Shown piece by piece: positions 26,231-35,094 of a DNA stretch of 64,000 bases. Under the pieces are notes generated by a model, which saw only the letters and a list, made by a program, of their open reading frames with translations, was not told the origin of the DNA and ran no database searches. The stretch spans positions 1,763-65,762 of the forward strand of contig JBGTII010000102.1 in assembly GCA_041745735.1 (NCBI GenBank), in the 5' to 3' direction. Every line of letters starts with the position of its first letter. The first letter of the stretch is position 1. Made by a program: the position numbers and the translations under genes. This stretch comes from Pyrinomonadaceae bacterium. GTDB taxonomy: Bacteria > Acidobacteriota > Blastocatellia > Pyrinomonadales > Pyrinomonadaceae.

Positions 26231-27223
26231 CTATTGAGGAATGAAATTAAGTTCCGCAATATTGTCGTTCATCTGTATGACCTGCGGCTGGAAGTTAAAT
26301 CGTTTTGATGAGACATTGACGACATATGTCTGTCCAGGCTCTAGATCATCAAAAGTATAGATCCCACCCTTGCCGGTCAGGACAGTTTTTGTAACTCCGG
26401 CCTGATCTGTCAGAGTAACAGTTGCCCCCACTAATCCGCGGCCCTGGGCAGATGTCAACACACGACCCGAGACGCCCACACCGGCGGCGGTTGAGGAAAC
26501 GGTAGTGCAGTTAAACACCAACGAGTATGTTCCGGCGGAAAGCGCTCCGCTCGAATAAAATGAATCGATAAACAGATAATACGTTCCTTGGGGCAGGGCA
26601 TCCAAATTAGCATCGGTAATTACCTCGGTAACATTACTTCCACCATTGTCGTCACCAATTACGCAGTTTGTTCCGTTGTTTGCAATACCTGAGGGACATC
26701 CCGGAGCCGCCGAATTTAGAATATATATCGACGGATCCCAATTGGCGCCCGTCGGATCTAATGATATCGAGCAGGTAGGTATTCGTGAAGCTAAAGCTGG
26801 AAGGGTAAATCTATAAATAACATCTGGCCCCGCCGTCGTGGTGTAAGCACTATTACATGCTAGCGGGATCGTAGAAACCGTACTGTTGGCACCAATGGTT
26901 GTGCCGGTGTCGTTAAAGACCGTTCCTGCAGGAATGTCCAAACCCGGACAGTTGTCCGTACCGACCAAGACCATTGATCTTGGGTCAAGAGATGAGGTCA
27001 GGCTTTGTCTGTTCTTAGGATTTTCTTTGATCTTATCCAGTAAAGATTTTTTGTTACAGGCATTTAGGCGATCAGCGAGCATCTGCGCCCTGTCATTCGA
27101 ATTTTTCTTGAGCGGTCCTTCTCCGTTAAGTGCCGCCATCGCTTTACTAGGCTGTCCCGCAAGAAGGTAGCAAACACTTGCCCCTAAACAAAAGAGAGAC
27201 GTCCTGTATCGCCTTATATTCAT
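26231..27223 (-). CDS. secreted protein: PPC-like (pre-peptidase C-terminal-like) middle domain plus C-terminal CarboxypepD_reg-like domain
   Basis: The ATG at 27223 gives the signal peptide MNIRRYRTSLFCLGASVCYLLAGQPSKAMA. The middle region reads DVIYRFTLP..WDPSIYIL..GTYYLFIDSF..GTYSLVF. The C-terminus is GVSGRVLTSAQGRGLVGATVTLTD..GIYTFDDLEPGQTYVVNV. Confidence 0.7.
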   Translation of the reverse strand: MNIRRYRTSLFCLGASVCYLLAGQPSKAMAALNGEGPLKKNSNDRAQMLADRLNACNKKSLLDKIKENPKNRQSLTSSLDPRSMVLVGTDNCPGLDIPAGTVFNDTGTTIGANSTVSTIPLACNSAYTTTAGPDVIYRFTLPALASRIPTCSISLDPTGANWDPSIYILNSAAPGCPSGIANNGTNCVIGDDNGGSNVTEVITDANLDALPQGTYYLFIDSFYSSGALSAGTYSLVFNCTTVSSTAAGVGVSGRVLTSAQGRGLVGATVTLTDQAGVTKTVLTGKGGIYTFDDLEPGQTYVVNVSSKRFNFQPQVIQMNDNIAELNFIPQ

Positions 27224-27281
27224 TGTATCCAATCGTAAATAGCTGCTTTTCACTGAGGTTTCCTCCTGGTGATCAAAAAAG

Positions 27282-28400
27282 TCAAAGGCCAATACCCCCG
27301 AAATCCACACGGGGATGATATTTTGTTAATGAAATAATGCGTTCTTTTTGTTCATTTGTCAAATTTTTCACGCCGCGTCCTGCTACACCTTTATTAAAAC
27401 GATTTCGACGAGCGTCTGCCTCAGTTGTTTCAACGGATTTTTGTATCGCCGCTCGAGCCGCACCGAGCCCGTAATATCTGAGGATACTATCGATAGAATC
27501 TTCTTTATTTTGAATAAGTTCATCATAGTCCAGCCATAAGATCTCTAGTCGTTTTTCTTTTTCAACGAGGCTCCACGAAGCAACAAATTGTAAATACCAG
27601 GGGACGATATTATCAATCAGCAGATCGACTTGTGTGTGATCGTCGAGGTCTAAAAAACTGTCGCGGAAATACGAGTTAAAATACGCACCCGTCTTGTAGA
27701 AATCATGAAGACTGACCACTGCATCAAATATATTTCTCACCAATACAACAGGTCGGATCCCAAATGCCTGCATCAACTGGATGTTCGCCTCCGACGCCCG
27801 AGCGTGTTGTTGTGTGACGGTATTTTGTTCTGCGAATTCATTTAATACCGGTAAATACAGGTCATGTTCATTTTGCCCGGCGGCAAAGACGGCAAAAAGA
27901 TCACGATAACCGGTTATCCCCACTAGTACGTTTTTAAGAAAGGTCGATGCGCTTTTGGGAACGCAAGCAATAAATATGTGAGTGCCTAAGTCCTGAGTTG
28001 TCACGCTCGATGAAAAATCCGAAAGCAATGGCTTTTCTTTCAGGATCGATAGAGCATTTGTCAGATTGACAGAGTAAGTTGCGGAGGGCTCAACGCTGAT
28101 CGCCCTACGGCTGCACTCAACGCTTGCATTCAACTGTAAATGCTCTAAAAAAACGAGCCCCATGTTTTGAAGGGCATCAGCGAAACCGCGCCGAAAGTTC
28201 TTATCATCGACCATAGTCCCAACGATATCTAGTTTTAAGGCGTCAGTCAGTAGTGACAGGGCTTCGTCTATCCTTTGATGTGCGAGGAGCTGGTCGATCC
28301 GGGCCTTATGGGCCAGCAGCAGATTATGGGAAAGGTGGTCATAGAATGGGAAATCCTGTTTAACTTTGCCCTGCGCGCTACGAAAGAACGTGATCGCCAT
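27282..28400 (-). CDS. PAPS-dependent sulfotransferase family protein with N-terminal helical (TPR-like) region
   Basis: 5'-PSB-like motif CVPKSASTFLKN and 3'-PB-like motif VRNIFDAVVS. The gene is AT-rich: hand counts give 19/60 G+C at 27301-27360 and 23/60 at 27541-27600. Confidence 0.8.
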   Translation of the reverse strand: MAITFFRSAQGKVKQDFPFYDHLSHNLLLAHKARIDQLLAHQRIDEALSLLTDALKLDIVGTMVDDKNFRRGFADALQNMGLVFLEHLQLNASVECSRRAISVEPSATYSVNLTNALSILKEKPLLSDFSSSVTTQDLGTHIFIACVPKSASTFLKNVLVGITGYRDLFAVFAAGQNEHDLYLPVLNEFAEQNTVTQQHARASEANIQLMQAFGIRPVVLVRNIFDAVVSLHDFYKTGAYFNSYFRDSFLDLDDHTQVDLLIDNIVPWYLQFVASWSLVEKEKRLEILWLDYDELIQNKEDSIDSILRYYGLGAARAAIQKSVETTEADARRNRFNKGVAGRGVKNLTNEQKERIISLTKYHPRVDFGGIGL

Positions 28401-28653
28401 GTCAGGATTGCCCTGTTCAAGGGCTCTTGTCCCGAGAGCGACCTCCTGTTCTAAGATCCGAGCAATATCAACATCAAACGGGCCTTCTACAGTTACTTGG
28501 TTGGATGGTGCGTTCAGATTTTTATCCTCAAAATCAATAAAATGGCTAATATTATTTTCACGAATATCTCAAGAATATCAAACAATTTCAATCAATAAGG
28601 ATGCTGAAAGATGATAAATGAGCGTAATAAGTGAGGCTTTTTGCCAGCGCAAG

Positions 28654-28689
28654 AAAAAGGAGAGCCTCATTTTCATGCAACGGCTCCCC
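28654..28689 (-). terminator. rho-independent terminator of the 28711..29853 gene
   Basis: On the minus strand GGGGAGCC pairs with GGCTCTCC (7 of 8 pairs, 15-nt loop), followed by TTTTT. Confidence 0.5.
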
Positions 28690-28710
28690 TGAGTTAGATC
28701 TATTACCCAA

Positions 28711-29853
28711 TTATTCAGGTATGAGTTCGAGATCCGAGACATTATCAACGACCTGTATCACATGCGGTGTAAAGTTAAACCGCCGTGACGCTACGGTGAT
28801 AACGTAGGTCTGGCCCGGCTCGACATCTTCGAACTGGAACCGTCCAAACGACCCCGTGAAAATCGATCTCACTGCCCCGTTTGAATCCGTAATGGTCACA
28901 CGAGCACTACGAAGCCCGCGTCCCTCGCCCGTCAACACACGTCCACCAACCGTCACTCCGGCGGCGGTCGTGCCAAGGGAAGAAACGACAAGTTCCCACC
29001 CCGTATTCGCAACTGGTGCTCCGCCAAAATTCATGGCTGCTCCCGGGGGGTTGGCAATATTAAAGAAGCTTCCCGCTGCGGTTGTCTCAAATATAGTGTT
29101 AGTGCTCGAACCTCTGTCAACGGGGTTGAAAAAGCCCTGGCCAAAATTGTTCAATTCAGCATCCGTCGCACCGGTCGTCGAAGTCACATTGTCAAACGTC
29201 AGACCCGCCCAAAGAGTGGTGGAGGCGCCCGCCGGAACAGGAAAGGAACCAGCCGTTAGCGTACCCGTCAGGGTTTTGACACCTGGAGCGTACGTCAGTT
29301 CATTGAAAGTGAAACCCACCGCAGTGCCTCCAGGGGCGTAATATGTGCCGGGCCCATTGGGCAACCCCGCTCCGAGCGGCGCACCGTCGGCATTCCAAAA
29401 ACGAATGCGGGCACGCACGGACTGAGGATCAGGGTTTCCATTCGAGACCGTGAAACGAATCGTCGTGACACTTCCGACGCCCGGATTGGTGGTAAATCTG
29501 AGGTCGTCCATCACCATACGGGTTATACCACCCGCTGCCGCGCCTTGTGCAAAAACCTGTCCGGTATATGTGGTGATATTAGAATAGATGGAAAGAGGGT
29601 CTACGGCCTGAGGTGCCATAAATTCCGGCTGCGGGGTCACACGTCCACCCTTGCGGATCGAGATCTCCAGGTGCTGACTCAGTTGGTCCATCGGAATGAA
29701 AAGTTCGACCTTCATATCATTTACAGATATCAAAACATCAGATGAAATAGCTTTCCCACGCTGTGCTCGCACAGCATTAGGGGCCGTAAACGAATAAAAG
29801 CCAGCGGCGATCGCTATAAAGACAGCGCAAACCGTGGCAACGCGAATTGACAA
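28711..29853 (-). CDS. secreted beta-rich protein with C-terminal CarboxypepD_reg-like domain (paralogous to the C-terminus of 26231..27223)
   Basis: TTG start; signal peptide ..VATVCAVFIAIAAGFYSFTAPNAVRAQ. The C-terminus is GVTVGGRVLTGEGRGLRSARVTITD..GRFQFEDVEPGQTYVITVASRRFNFTPHVIQV. Confidence 0.7.
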   Translation of the reverse strand: MSIRVATVCAVFIAIAAGFYSFTAPNAVRAQRGKAISSDVLISVNDMKVELFIPMDQLSQHLEISIRKGGRVTPQPEFMAPQAVDPLSIYSNITTYTGQVFAQGAAAGGITRMVMDDLRFTTNPGVGSVTTIRFTVSNGNPDPQSVRARIRFWNADGAPLGAGLPNGPGTYYAPGGTAVGFTFNELTYAPGVKTLTGTLTAGSFPVPAGASTTLWAGLTFDNVTSTTGATDAELNNFGQGFFNPVDRGSSTNTIFETTAAGSFFNIANPPGAAMNFGGAPVANTGWELVVSSLGTTAAGVTVGGRVLTGEGRGLRSARVTITDSNGAVRSIFTGSFGRFQFEDVEPGQTYVITVASRRFNFTPHVIQVVDNVSDLELIPE

Positions 29854-30088
29854 CGTTTCTTAGTCATAACTCTTAATACTCCCTTGATTTAACAACAAAC
29901 AAAACAACCAGACATGGTCCCCGAAATACAACCCGATTCGGTTTCATCGCACAAAAATTGTGAAAAACGATCAGGTACTATATTAACATGCTATGTTTAT
30001 TTGATATTTGGTGTCAATAATGACCTCCAGTTAGCCACGTGCCTCGATCGCGAGCGTGGAGGTTGTGGGAGTCGTAAAGCGAGTATGT

Positions 30089-32548
30089 TCACGCATCTCT
30101 TGCCACCAAACCGCCGCTCGCACTCTCCTCATCTTTGATCGGTTCGGTTATATAAGGTTTGAGGTCCACATCGGGACTCCCATTTTCGAGGGTCGCGGCC
30201 AAAACATCGCTGATCAATTTTGCCGGGATTATCTCAAGCTCCTTTCGGACGTCTTCGGGGATGTCTTCGGTGTCGGCTTCGTTCCTGTCTGGCAAGACTA
30301 TGCGGCGGATGCCGGCTCGGTGGGCGGCGAGGATCTTTTCTTTGACGCCGCCGACCGGAAATACTAAGCCCGATAACGTTATCTCGCCTGTCATCGCCGT
30401 GTCAAAACGTACCTTGCGTCCGGTGTAGAGCGATGCCATGGCCGATGCCATTGTCACACCGGCGGAGGGACCATCTTTTGGTATCGAGCCGGCCGGAACG
30501 TGGATGTGGATGCCGTTGTTTTTGATCATTTCGGGGTCAATGCCAAACTCGGCGGCGTGCGACCACAGATAACTGCGGGCCGCCTGCGCCGATTCTTTCA
30601 TCACTTCACCAAGCTGTCCGGTCAGGGTGAGTCCGCTGCTGCCGGGAAGTAGAGTCGCCTCGATAAAGAGCACTTCGCCGCCCATCTCGGTCCACGCCAT
30701 GCCGGTTGCGACACCGGGAGGCAGATCTTTGCGGGCTTCTTCCGGAAACACCTTAGCCGGGCCGAGATAACCCTTGATCTCGTCGGCGGAGATCGTGACC
30801 TTATCGGTCATGCCTTCGGCGACCTTTAGAGCGACTTTGCGTGCTAGATTGCCGACTGTTCGTTCGAGTTGACGAACCCCCGCCTCACGCGTGTAGCTCA
30901 TCGTCAGCAGATTTACCGCGTCGTCGGTGATCGTCAATTGATCGTCCGACAAGCCGTTTTCCTTTATCTGACGAGGAATTAGATATTGTTTTGCGATATT
31001 TAGCTTTTCACGGTCGCTGTAACCCGCAAGCTGGATGATCTCCATTCGATCGCGGAGCGGCATCGGGATCGGCTGTAGCTGATTTGCCGTCGCGATAAAG
31101 AAAACTTTTGACAGATCGAACGGCAGATCAATGTAATTGTCCCGAAACGTGTTATTTTGCGCCGGATCCAAGATCTCAAGCAGTGCCGATGCCGGATCAC
31201 CGCGAAAATCGTTACCAAGTTTGTCGATCTCATCGAGCATCAGCACCGGATTATTGACGGCGACACGCCGCAAAGATTGGATTATGCGTCCCGGCATCGC
31301 CCCGACATAGGTTCGCCGATGGCCGCGAAGCTCGGCTTCGTCACGCATCCCGCCAAGACTCAAACGGTCAAATTCTCGTCCCAAAGCCCGTGCGATCGAG
31401 CGCCCCAGCGACGTTTTCCCGACGCCCGGAGGTCCGACGAACAAGATGATCGGACTTTTCGAATCGGGCCGCAGCTTGACGACAGCGAGTGATTCTAAGA
31501 TCCGTTCTTTGATGTCCTCGAGGCCGTAGTGGTCCTCGTCGAGCACCTTGCGCGCTTCGTTAAGATCGAGCTTTTCTTCGCTCGCTTTCCGCCAAGGCAG
31601 TTCGAGGATGTATTCGAGATATGTCCGGATGACGTGATAATCGGGTGCGGCTTGCGGCAAAGCCTCCATCCGCTTTAGTTCGCGGGTCGCTTCTTTGCGG
31701 ACGTCATCGGGCAGATCGGCTTTTTCGAGCCGCTCGCGGAGCTGGTCGGCCTCAGCTTTTTCTCCGCCCTCATCATCGCCTAGCTCTTTTTGGATCGCTT
31801 TCATCTGCTGACGCAGGACGTAATCGCGTTGCGATTTGTCCATCTCGTGCTGAGCCTCGTTCGCGATCTTTGAGCGGATCTGCATGATCTCAAGCTCTCG
31901 AGCAAGGGCGGCGTGCGTCAGCGTCAACAGGCCGTCAACAGTGCTCGATTCGAGCATTTTCTGCTCGGTCTCGACGCCGAGATCGAGGACGGACGCGAGA
32001 AAATACGATAATTGAACCGCATCCTCTTGTGATGAGACCGCGACGCGGATCTCAGGCGGTACGTGCGGGAGCAGAGCGAGAGCCTCTTGTATCATGCCCT
32101 GAATGTTGCGTTTTAATGCTTCGATCTCTTCTTCGTCAATCCGGCGAAGCTCGGGCAGCACTTGCACCTTTGCCTTAAGATACGGCTGTTCGCCGGTCCA
32201 TTCGATCACCTCAAAACGGTCGATGCCTTGCACGATGAGCTGCATGATGCCCTCGTTTCGCATCATCCGTTTAATATTGACGATGGTGCCGATCTTGTAG
32301 AGATCGTCGGGTTTTGCGTCGTCGCCGGTGACGTTTTCGGTCTTGGTCGTGACACAAGCGATCAGCTTTTCCTCGGTCGCAAGTGACGACTCAACGGCGC
32401 GCGTCGAACGCTCACGCCCGACCGCCAGCGGCACGACGGTCTCGGGAAACAACGTCGTGTTTTGCAGCGGCAGCACCGCTATCTCAAGCTCCCGCGGCAA
32501 CTTTATGTCCTGTGTTTTGAATTGTTCGTCTACTGGTTCGTCAGCCAT
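30089..32548 (-). CDS. lon: ATP-dependent protease Lon
   Basis: Walker A GPPGVGKTS, catalytic-Ser motif PKDGPSAGV and a Lon N-terminal domain. Confidence 0.95.
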   Translation of the reverse strand: MADEPVDEQFKTQDIKLPRELEIAVLPLQNTTLFPETVVPLAVGRERSTRAVESSLATEEKLIACVTTKTENVTGDDAKPDDLYKIGTIVNIKRMMRNEGIMQLIVQGIDRFEVIEWTGEQPYLKAKVQVLPELRRIDEEEIEALKRNIQGMIQEALALLPHVPPEIRVAVSSQEDAVQLSYFLASVLDLGVETEQKMLESSTVDGLLTLTHAALARELEIMQIRSKIANEAQHEMDKSQRDYVLRQQMKAIQKELGDDEGGEKAEADQLRERLEKADLPDDVRKEATRELKRMEALPQAAPDYHVIRTYLEYILELPWRKASEEKLDLNEARKVLDEDHYGLEDIKERILESLAVVKLRPDSKSPIILFVGPPGVGKTSLGRSIARALGREFDRLSLGGMRDEAELRGHRRTYVGAMPGRIIQSLRRVAVNNPVLMLDEIDKLGNDFRGDPASALLEILDPAQNNTFRDNYIDLPFDLSKVFFIATANQLQPIPMPLRDRMEIIQLAGYSDREKLNIAKQYLIPRQIKENGLSDDQLTITDDAVNLLTMSYTREAGVRQLERTVGNLARKVALKVAEGMTDKVTISADEIKGYLGPAKVFPEEARKDLPPGVATGMAWTEMGGEVLFIEATLLPGSSGLTLTGQLGEVMKESAQAARSYLWSHAAEFGIDPEMIKNNGIHIHVPAGSIPKDGPSAGVTMASAMASLYTGRKVRFDTAMTGEITLSGLVFPVGGVKEKILAAHRAGIRRIVLPDRNEADTEDIPEDVRKELEIIPAKLISDVLAATLENGSPDVDLKPYITEPIKDEESASGGLVARDA

Positions 32549-32930
32549 AAATATTTGTTTGAACAGGCTTCTCCTTTGCTTTGCTAAGAGTAATGATCAA
32601 CAGCCCGTTTTCGAATATATGCTCGATCACCGCTCCCTCGATCGGAGTGGGGAACTTTAATGTTTTTTCAAAGCTGCTGTAGCTGATCTCCATCTGTTGA
32701 TAAGACACGCCTTCGCCACACGAGCGGTCCTTGCGGCAGCCGGAGATGGCGAGTACGTTGCCCTGGATGTCGATCTCGATATCCTCGGGCGAGACACCCG
32801 CGAGCTCGACCTTTACGACCCAGCCGTCCGGCTTTTGATAGACGTCCGCCGCCGGATACCAAAGCTGGCCGGAGCGGACATTTTTGGATGTCCCGACAAA
32901 TTGAAAAAAACGATTGGTCGATTTAGCCAT
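32541..32930 (-). CDS. Hsp20/alpha-crystallin family small heat-shock protein
   Basis: Alpha-crystallin domain pattern (PAADVYQKPDGWVVKVELAGV..EDIEIDIQGNVLAISG). It overlaps the lon start by 8 nt. Confidence 0.85.
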   Translation of the reverse strand: MAKSTNRFFQFVGTSKNVRSGQLWYPAADVYQKPDGWVVKVELAGVSPEDIEIDIQGNVLAISGCRKDRSCGEGVSYQQMEISYSSFEKTLKFPTPIEGAVIEHIFENGLLIITLSKAKEKPVQTNIYG

Positions 32931-33577
32931 TATTTGCTGAATTTGATCGTTTGCAGACTAAAGTCAACGATTACGTCTTGCTTTGGGTCATACAACGTGA
33001 CTACAAAAAACAAAGCGACATTTTTGCGAATTGTCGCGATGTAACGCTGCCGATATTTGCCGCCGCTGCGAACGCCCTCGACCTCAAATGCCGCAAATTT
33101 TACCCCGCCAAACGTAAGCCGATATATATCCTTTGCAAGCGTTGGATTCGGTGACGAAAGCACGAGCTTTTTGTTGGCGTCGATATATGCATCGACCCTC
33201 ATTGGTTTTACAAGGCGTTCGATGCCGCTTGAGAATAGTGCCGAGTTTTCCTGTCCGGCGAGCGACGGCGGTGTTGCCTGAAAGAGGACTTGCGTATTTG
33301 CCGCCGAGCTTTGTACGGTAATGTCCGTGGTCTTGACAGCAGTTTCGCGATTCTTAGCAACAATAGCTTTGTTCTGGTCAGTCGTGAAAAAATTCCACCC
33401 GCCAGGGGCGAGGATCGTAAATCCTAGATGGCTGTTGGTGTAAAGTTTACCGTCAAAACTACCGCTCGCGGCGATCGCCTCAGCAGAGGGAAGCTGAGCC
33501 TGAACGACCGCCGAACTTGTAATCTGCACGGCGGTCATTAGCACTAAAACGGATATGAATCGACGAACTAACATCAC
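32930..33577 (-). CDS. secreted hypothetical protein
   Basis: Signal peptide MMLVRRFISVLVLMTAVQITSSAVVQAQ. Its stop overlaps the hsp20 ATG (TAATG). Its start abuts the stop of the CBS gene. Confidence 0.6.
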   Translation of the reverse strand: MMLVRRFISVLVLMTAVQITSSAVVQAQLPSAEAIAASGSFDGKLYTNSHLGFTILAPGGWNFFTTDQNKAIVAKNRETAVKTTDITVQSSAANTQVLFQATPPSLAGQENSALFSSGIERLVKPMRVDAYIDANKKLVLSSPNPTLAKDIYRLTFGGVKFAAFEVEGVRSGGKYRQRYIATIRKNVALFFVVTLYDPKQDVIVDFSLQTIKFSK

Positions 33578-34045
33578 CTAATTCTTTCCCCAAAAAGCGG
33601 CTCCGCTTGAGATCTCTTCGAGCGTTTCGGCGATCTCTTTTTCGTCTTCCATCTCAAGCGCGACATCAGCCATCGCAATGATGCCGGCGAGCGAGCCGTC
33701 GGCGTGGACGACCGGAATGCGGCGAACCTGTTTGTCGCCCATCAGCCGGATCGCCTCGAAAACAAAATCGTCCGGTGCGACCGAGAAAAGCTCTGTTGTC
33801 ATCACCTCGCCGATCGCTGTGTCAGAACTTTTGCTGTCGGCCACGCCGCGAACGACAATATCGCGGTCGGTCACGATACCGATGAGTTTATCGCCGTCCA
33901 CGACCGGAACCGCACCCATATCGCCGTCGCGCATCATCGACGCGACATCGCGCAGGCTCAGATCGCGTGTCGCCGTGCGGACGTTTTTGGTCATTATCTC
34001 ACTTGCACGTAAACGTGAAATGGCAGATGTCTCGGCCTCGGTCAT
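33578..34045 (-). CDS. CBS domain pair protein
   Basis: IMTKNVRTATRDLSLRDVASMMRD..GAVPVVD..LIGIVTDRDI and a second CBS repeat. The ATG at 34045 (MTEAETS) is the likely start. Confidence 0.8.
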   Translation of the reverse strand: MTEAETSAISRLRASEIMTKNVRTATRDLSLRDVASMMRDGDMGAVPVVDGDKLIGIVTDRDIVVRGVADSKSSDTAIGEVMTTELFSVAPDDFVFEAIRLMGDKQVRRIPVVHADGSLAGIIAMADVALEMEDEKEIAETLEEISSGAAFWGKN

Positions 34046-34164
34046 TTTCGTAACTCCTTTTAGATATTTTGTTCGACGGGGTGGAATAAAGCAAGCATCA
34101 AATGCCTCGTCCCAAATGACCATGTATTTGCATTCATTGTCAATTTTTGATGTGATATACCGCA

Positions 34165-35070
34165 ATGTCGCTGATCGAAGTCGCTAAAAATGCACCAATT
34201 GACAGCCGTGAGTCGTGTCGGCTACTCGAAGAAGGCAATATCCTGTTTTTTGATCATGTACCGTTCGCAATCCCGAGCGACGACCTCGAATTTTTGCTTT
34301 CCGCCCGTCAGGACAATACACGCTTGCACAAGAATATTTCTTTCCGGCCCGGCCCGGGCCTTTTGCGAGGGTTTTCCGGCGCAAAACAAGATGCCGAGAG
34401 GCTAAGCGGAATCATGCGGGAGTATTCTGCACGGGCGACGGAATTTCTTGGCTCTTTTCTTGCCCCCTATGCCGGAAAATGGTCACTCGACTACGCGAGT
34501 TTTCGTCCGATCGAGGAGGCGAACCGCGATCTGCCGCTGCACAAACGAAACGAACTACTTCACGTGGATGCTTTCCCGAGCAGGCCGACGTGGGGCGGAC
34601 GGATACTTCGTTTCTTTTCAAATATTAACCCGACCGAGGGCCGCGTTTGGGAAGTAGGTGAGAATTTTGAAGACCTCGCCCGAAAACACGCCTTCGACGC
34701 CGAACTCGAAGCCGTCGCAAAACGCTCCGGAACCCCACTCGAACGTGTAATAGGCCGTTCGGTCCGGGCTCTCGGCTCTGTCGGTTTGCCCTTGCCCGAC
34801 CGTTCAGCGTACGACAAATTTATGCTTCGGTTCCACGATCATCTGAAAGAAAATAGAGAATATCAGTCAAATTCGCCTAGAACGCGCCTCGAGTTTCCAC
34901 CAAATTCCTCTTGGATCGTATATACGGACTGCGTTCCTCACTCGGTATTGTCAGGGCGGTTTGCAGCGGAACAAACTTACATCGTTCCATTTGAAGCTTT
35001 ATTGGCACCCGAGGCGTCACCCCTTCGTATTCTTGAGCGGCAATGCGCTGCCTCGTTGACAGTCCGATAG
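34165..35070 (+). CDS. Kdo hydroxylase (KdoO)-like Fe(II)/2-oxoglutarate dioxygenase family protein
   Basis: KNISFRP.., LLHVDAFPSRPTWGGRILRFFSNINPTEGRVWEVGENFE resembles the Kdo_hydroxy family signature (..RLHVDAFPS.P..G.RILR.F.NINP....W..GE.F) as I recall it. Confidence 0.55.
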   Translation: MSLIEVAKNAPIDSRESCRLLEEGNILFFDHVPFAIPSDDLEFLLSARQDNTRLHKNISFRPGPGLLRGFSGAKQDAERLSGIMREYSARATEFLGSFLAPYAGKWSLDYASFRPIEEANRDLPLHKRNELLHVDAFPSRPTWGGRILRFFSNINPTEGRVWEVGENFEDLARKHAFDAELEAVAKRSGTPLERVIGRSVRALGSVGLPLPDRSAYDKFMLRFHDHLKENREYQSNSPRTRLEFPPNSSWIVYTDCVPHSVLSGRFAAEQTYIVPFEALLAPEASPLRILERQCAASLTVR

Positions 35071-35094
35071 ATCACTCGGAGATGATCCCGACCG

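Noticed and set aside
34046-34164. CIRCE or sigma32-type heat-shock control element upstream of the CBS-hsp20-lon operon.
   Set aside because: No TTAGCACTC-N9-GAGTGCTAA-like inverted repeat is present. The CTTG..CCCC spacing does not fit the sigma32 consensus.
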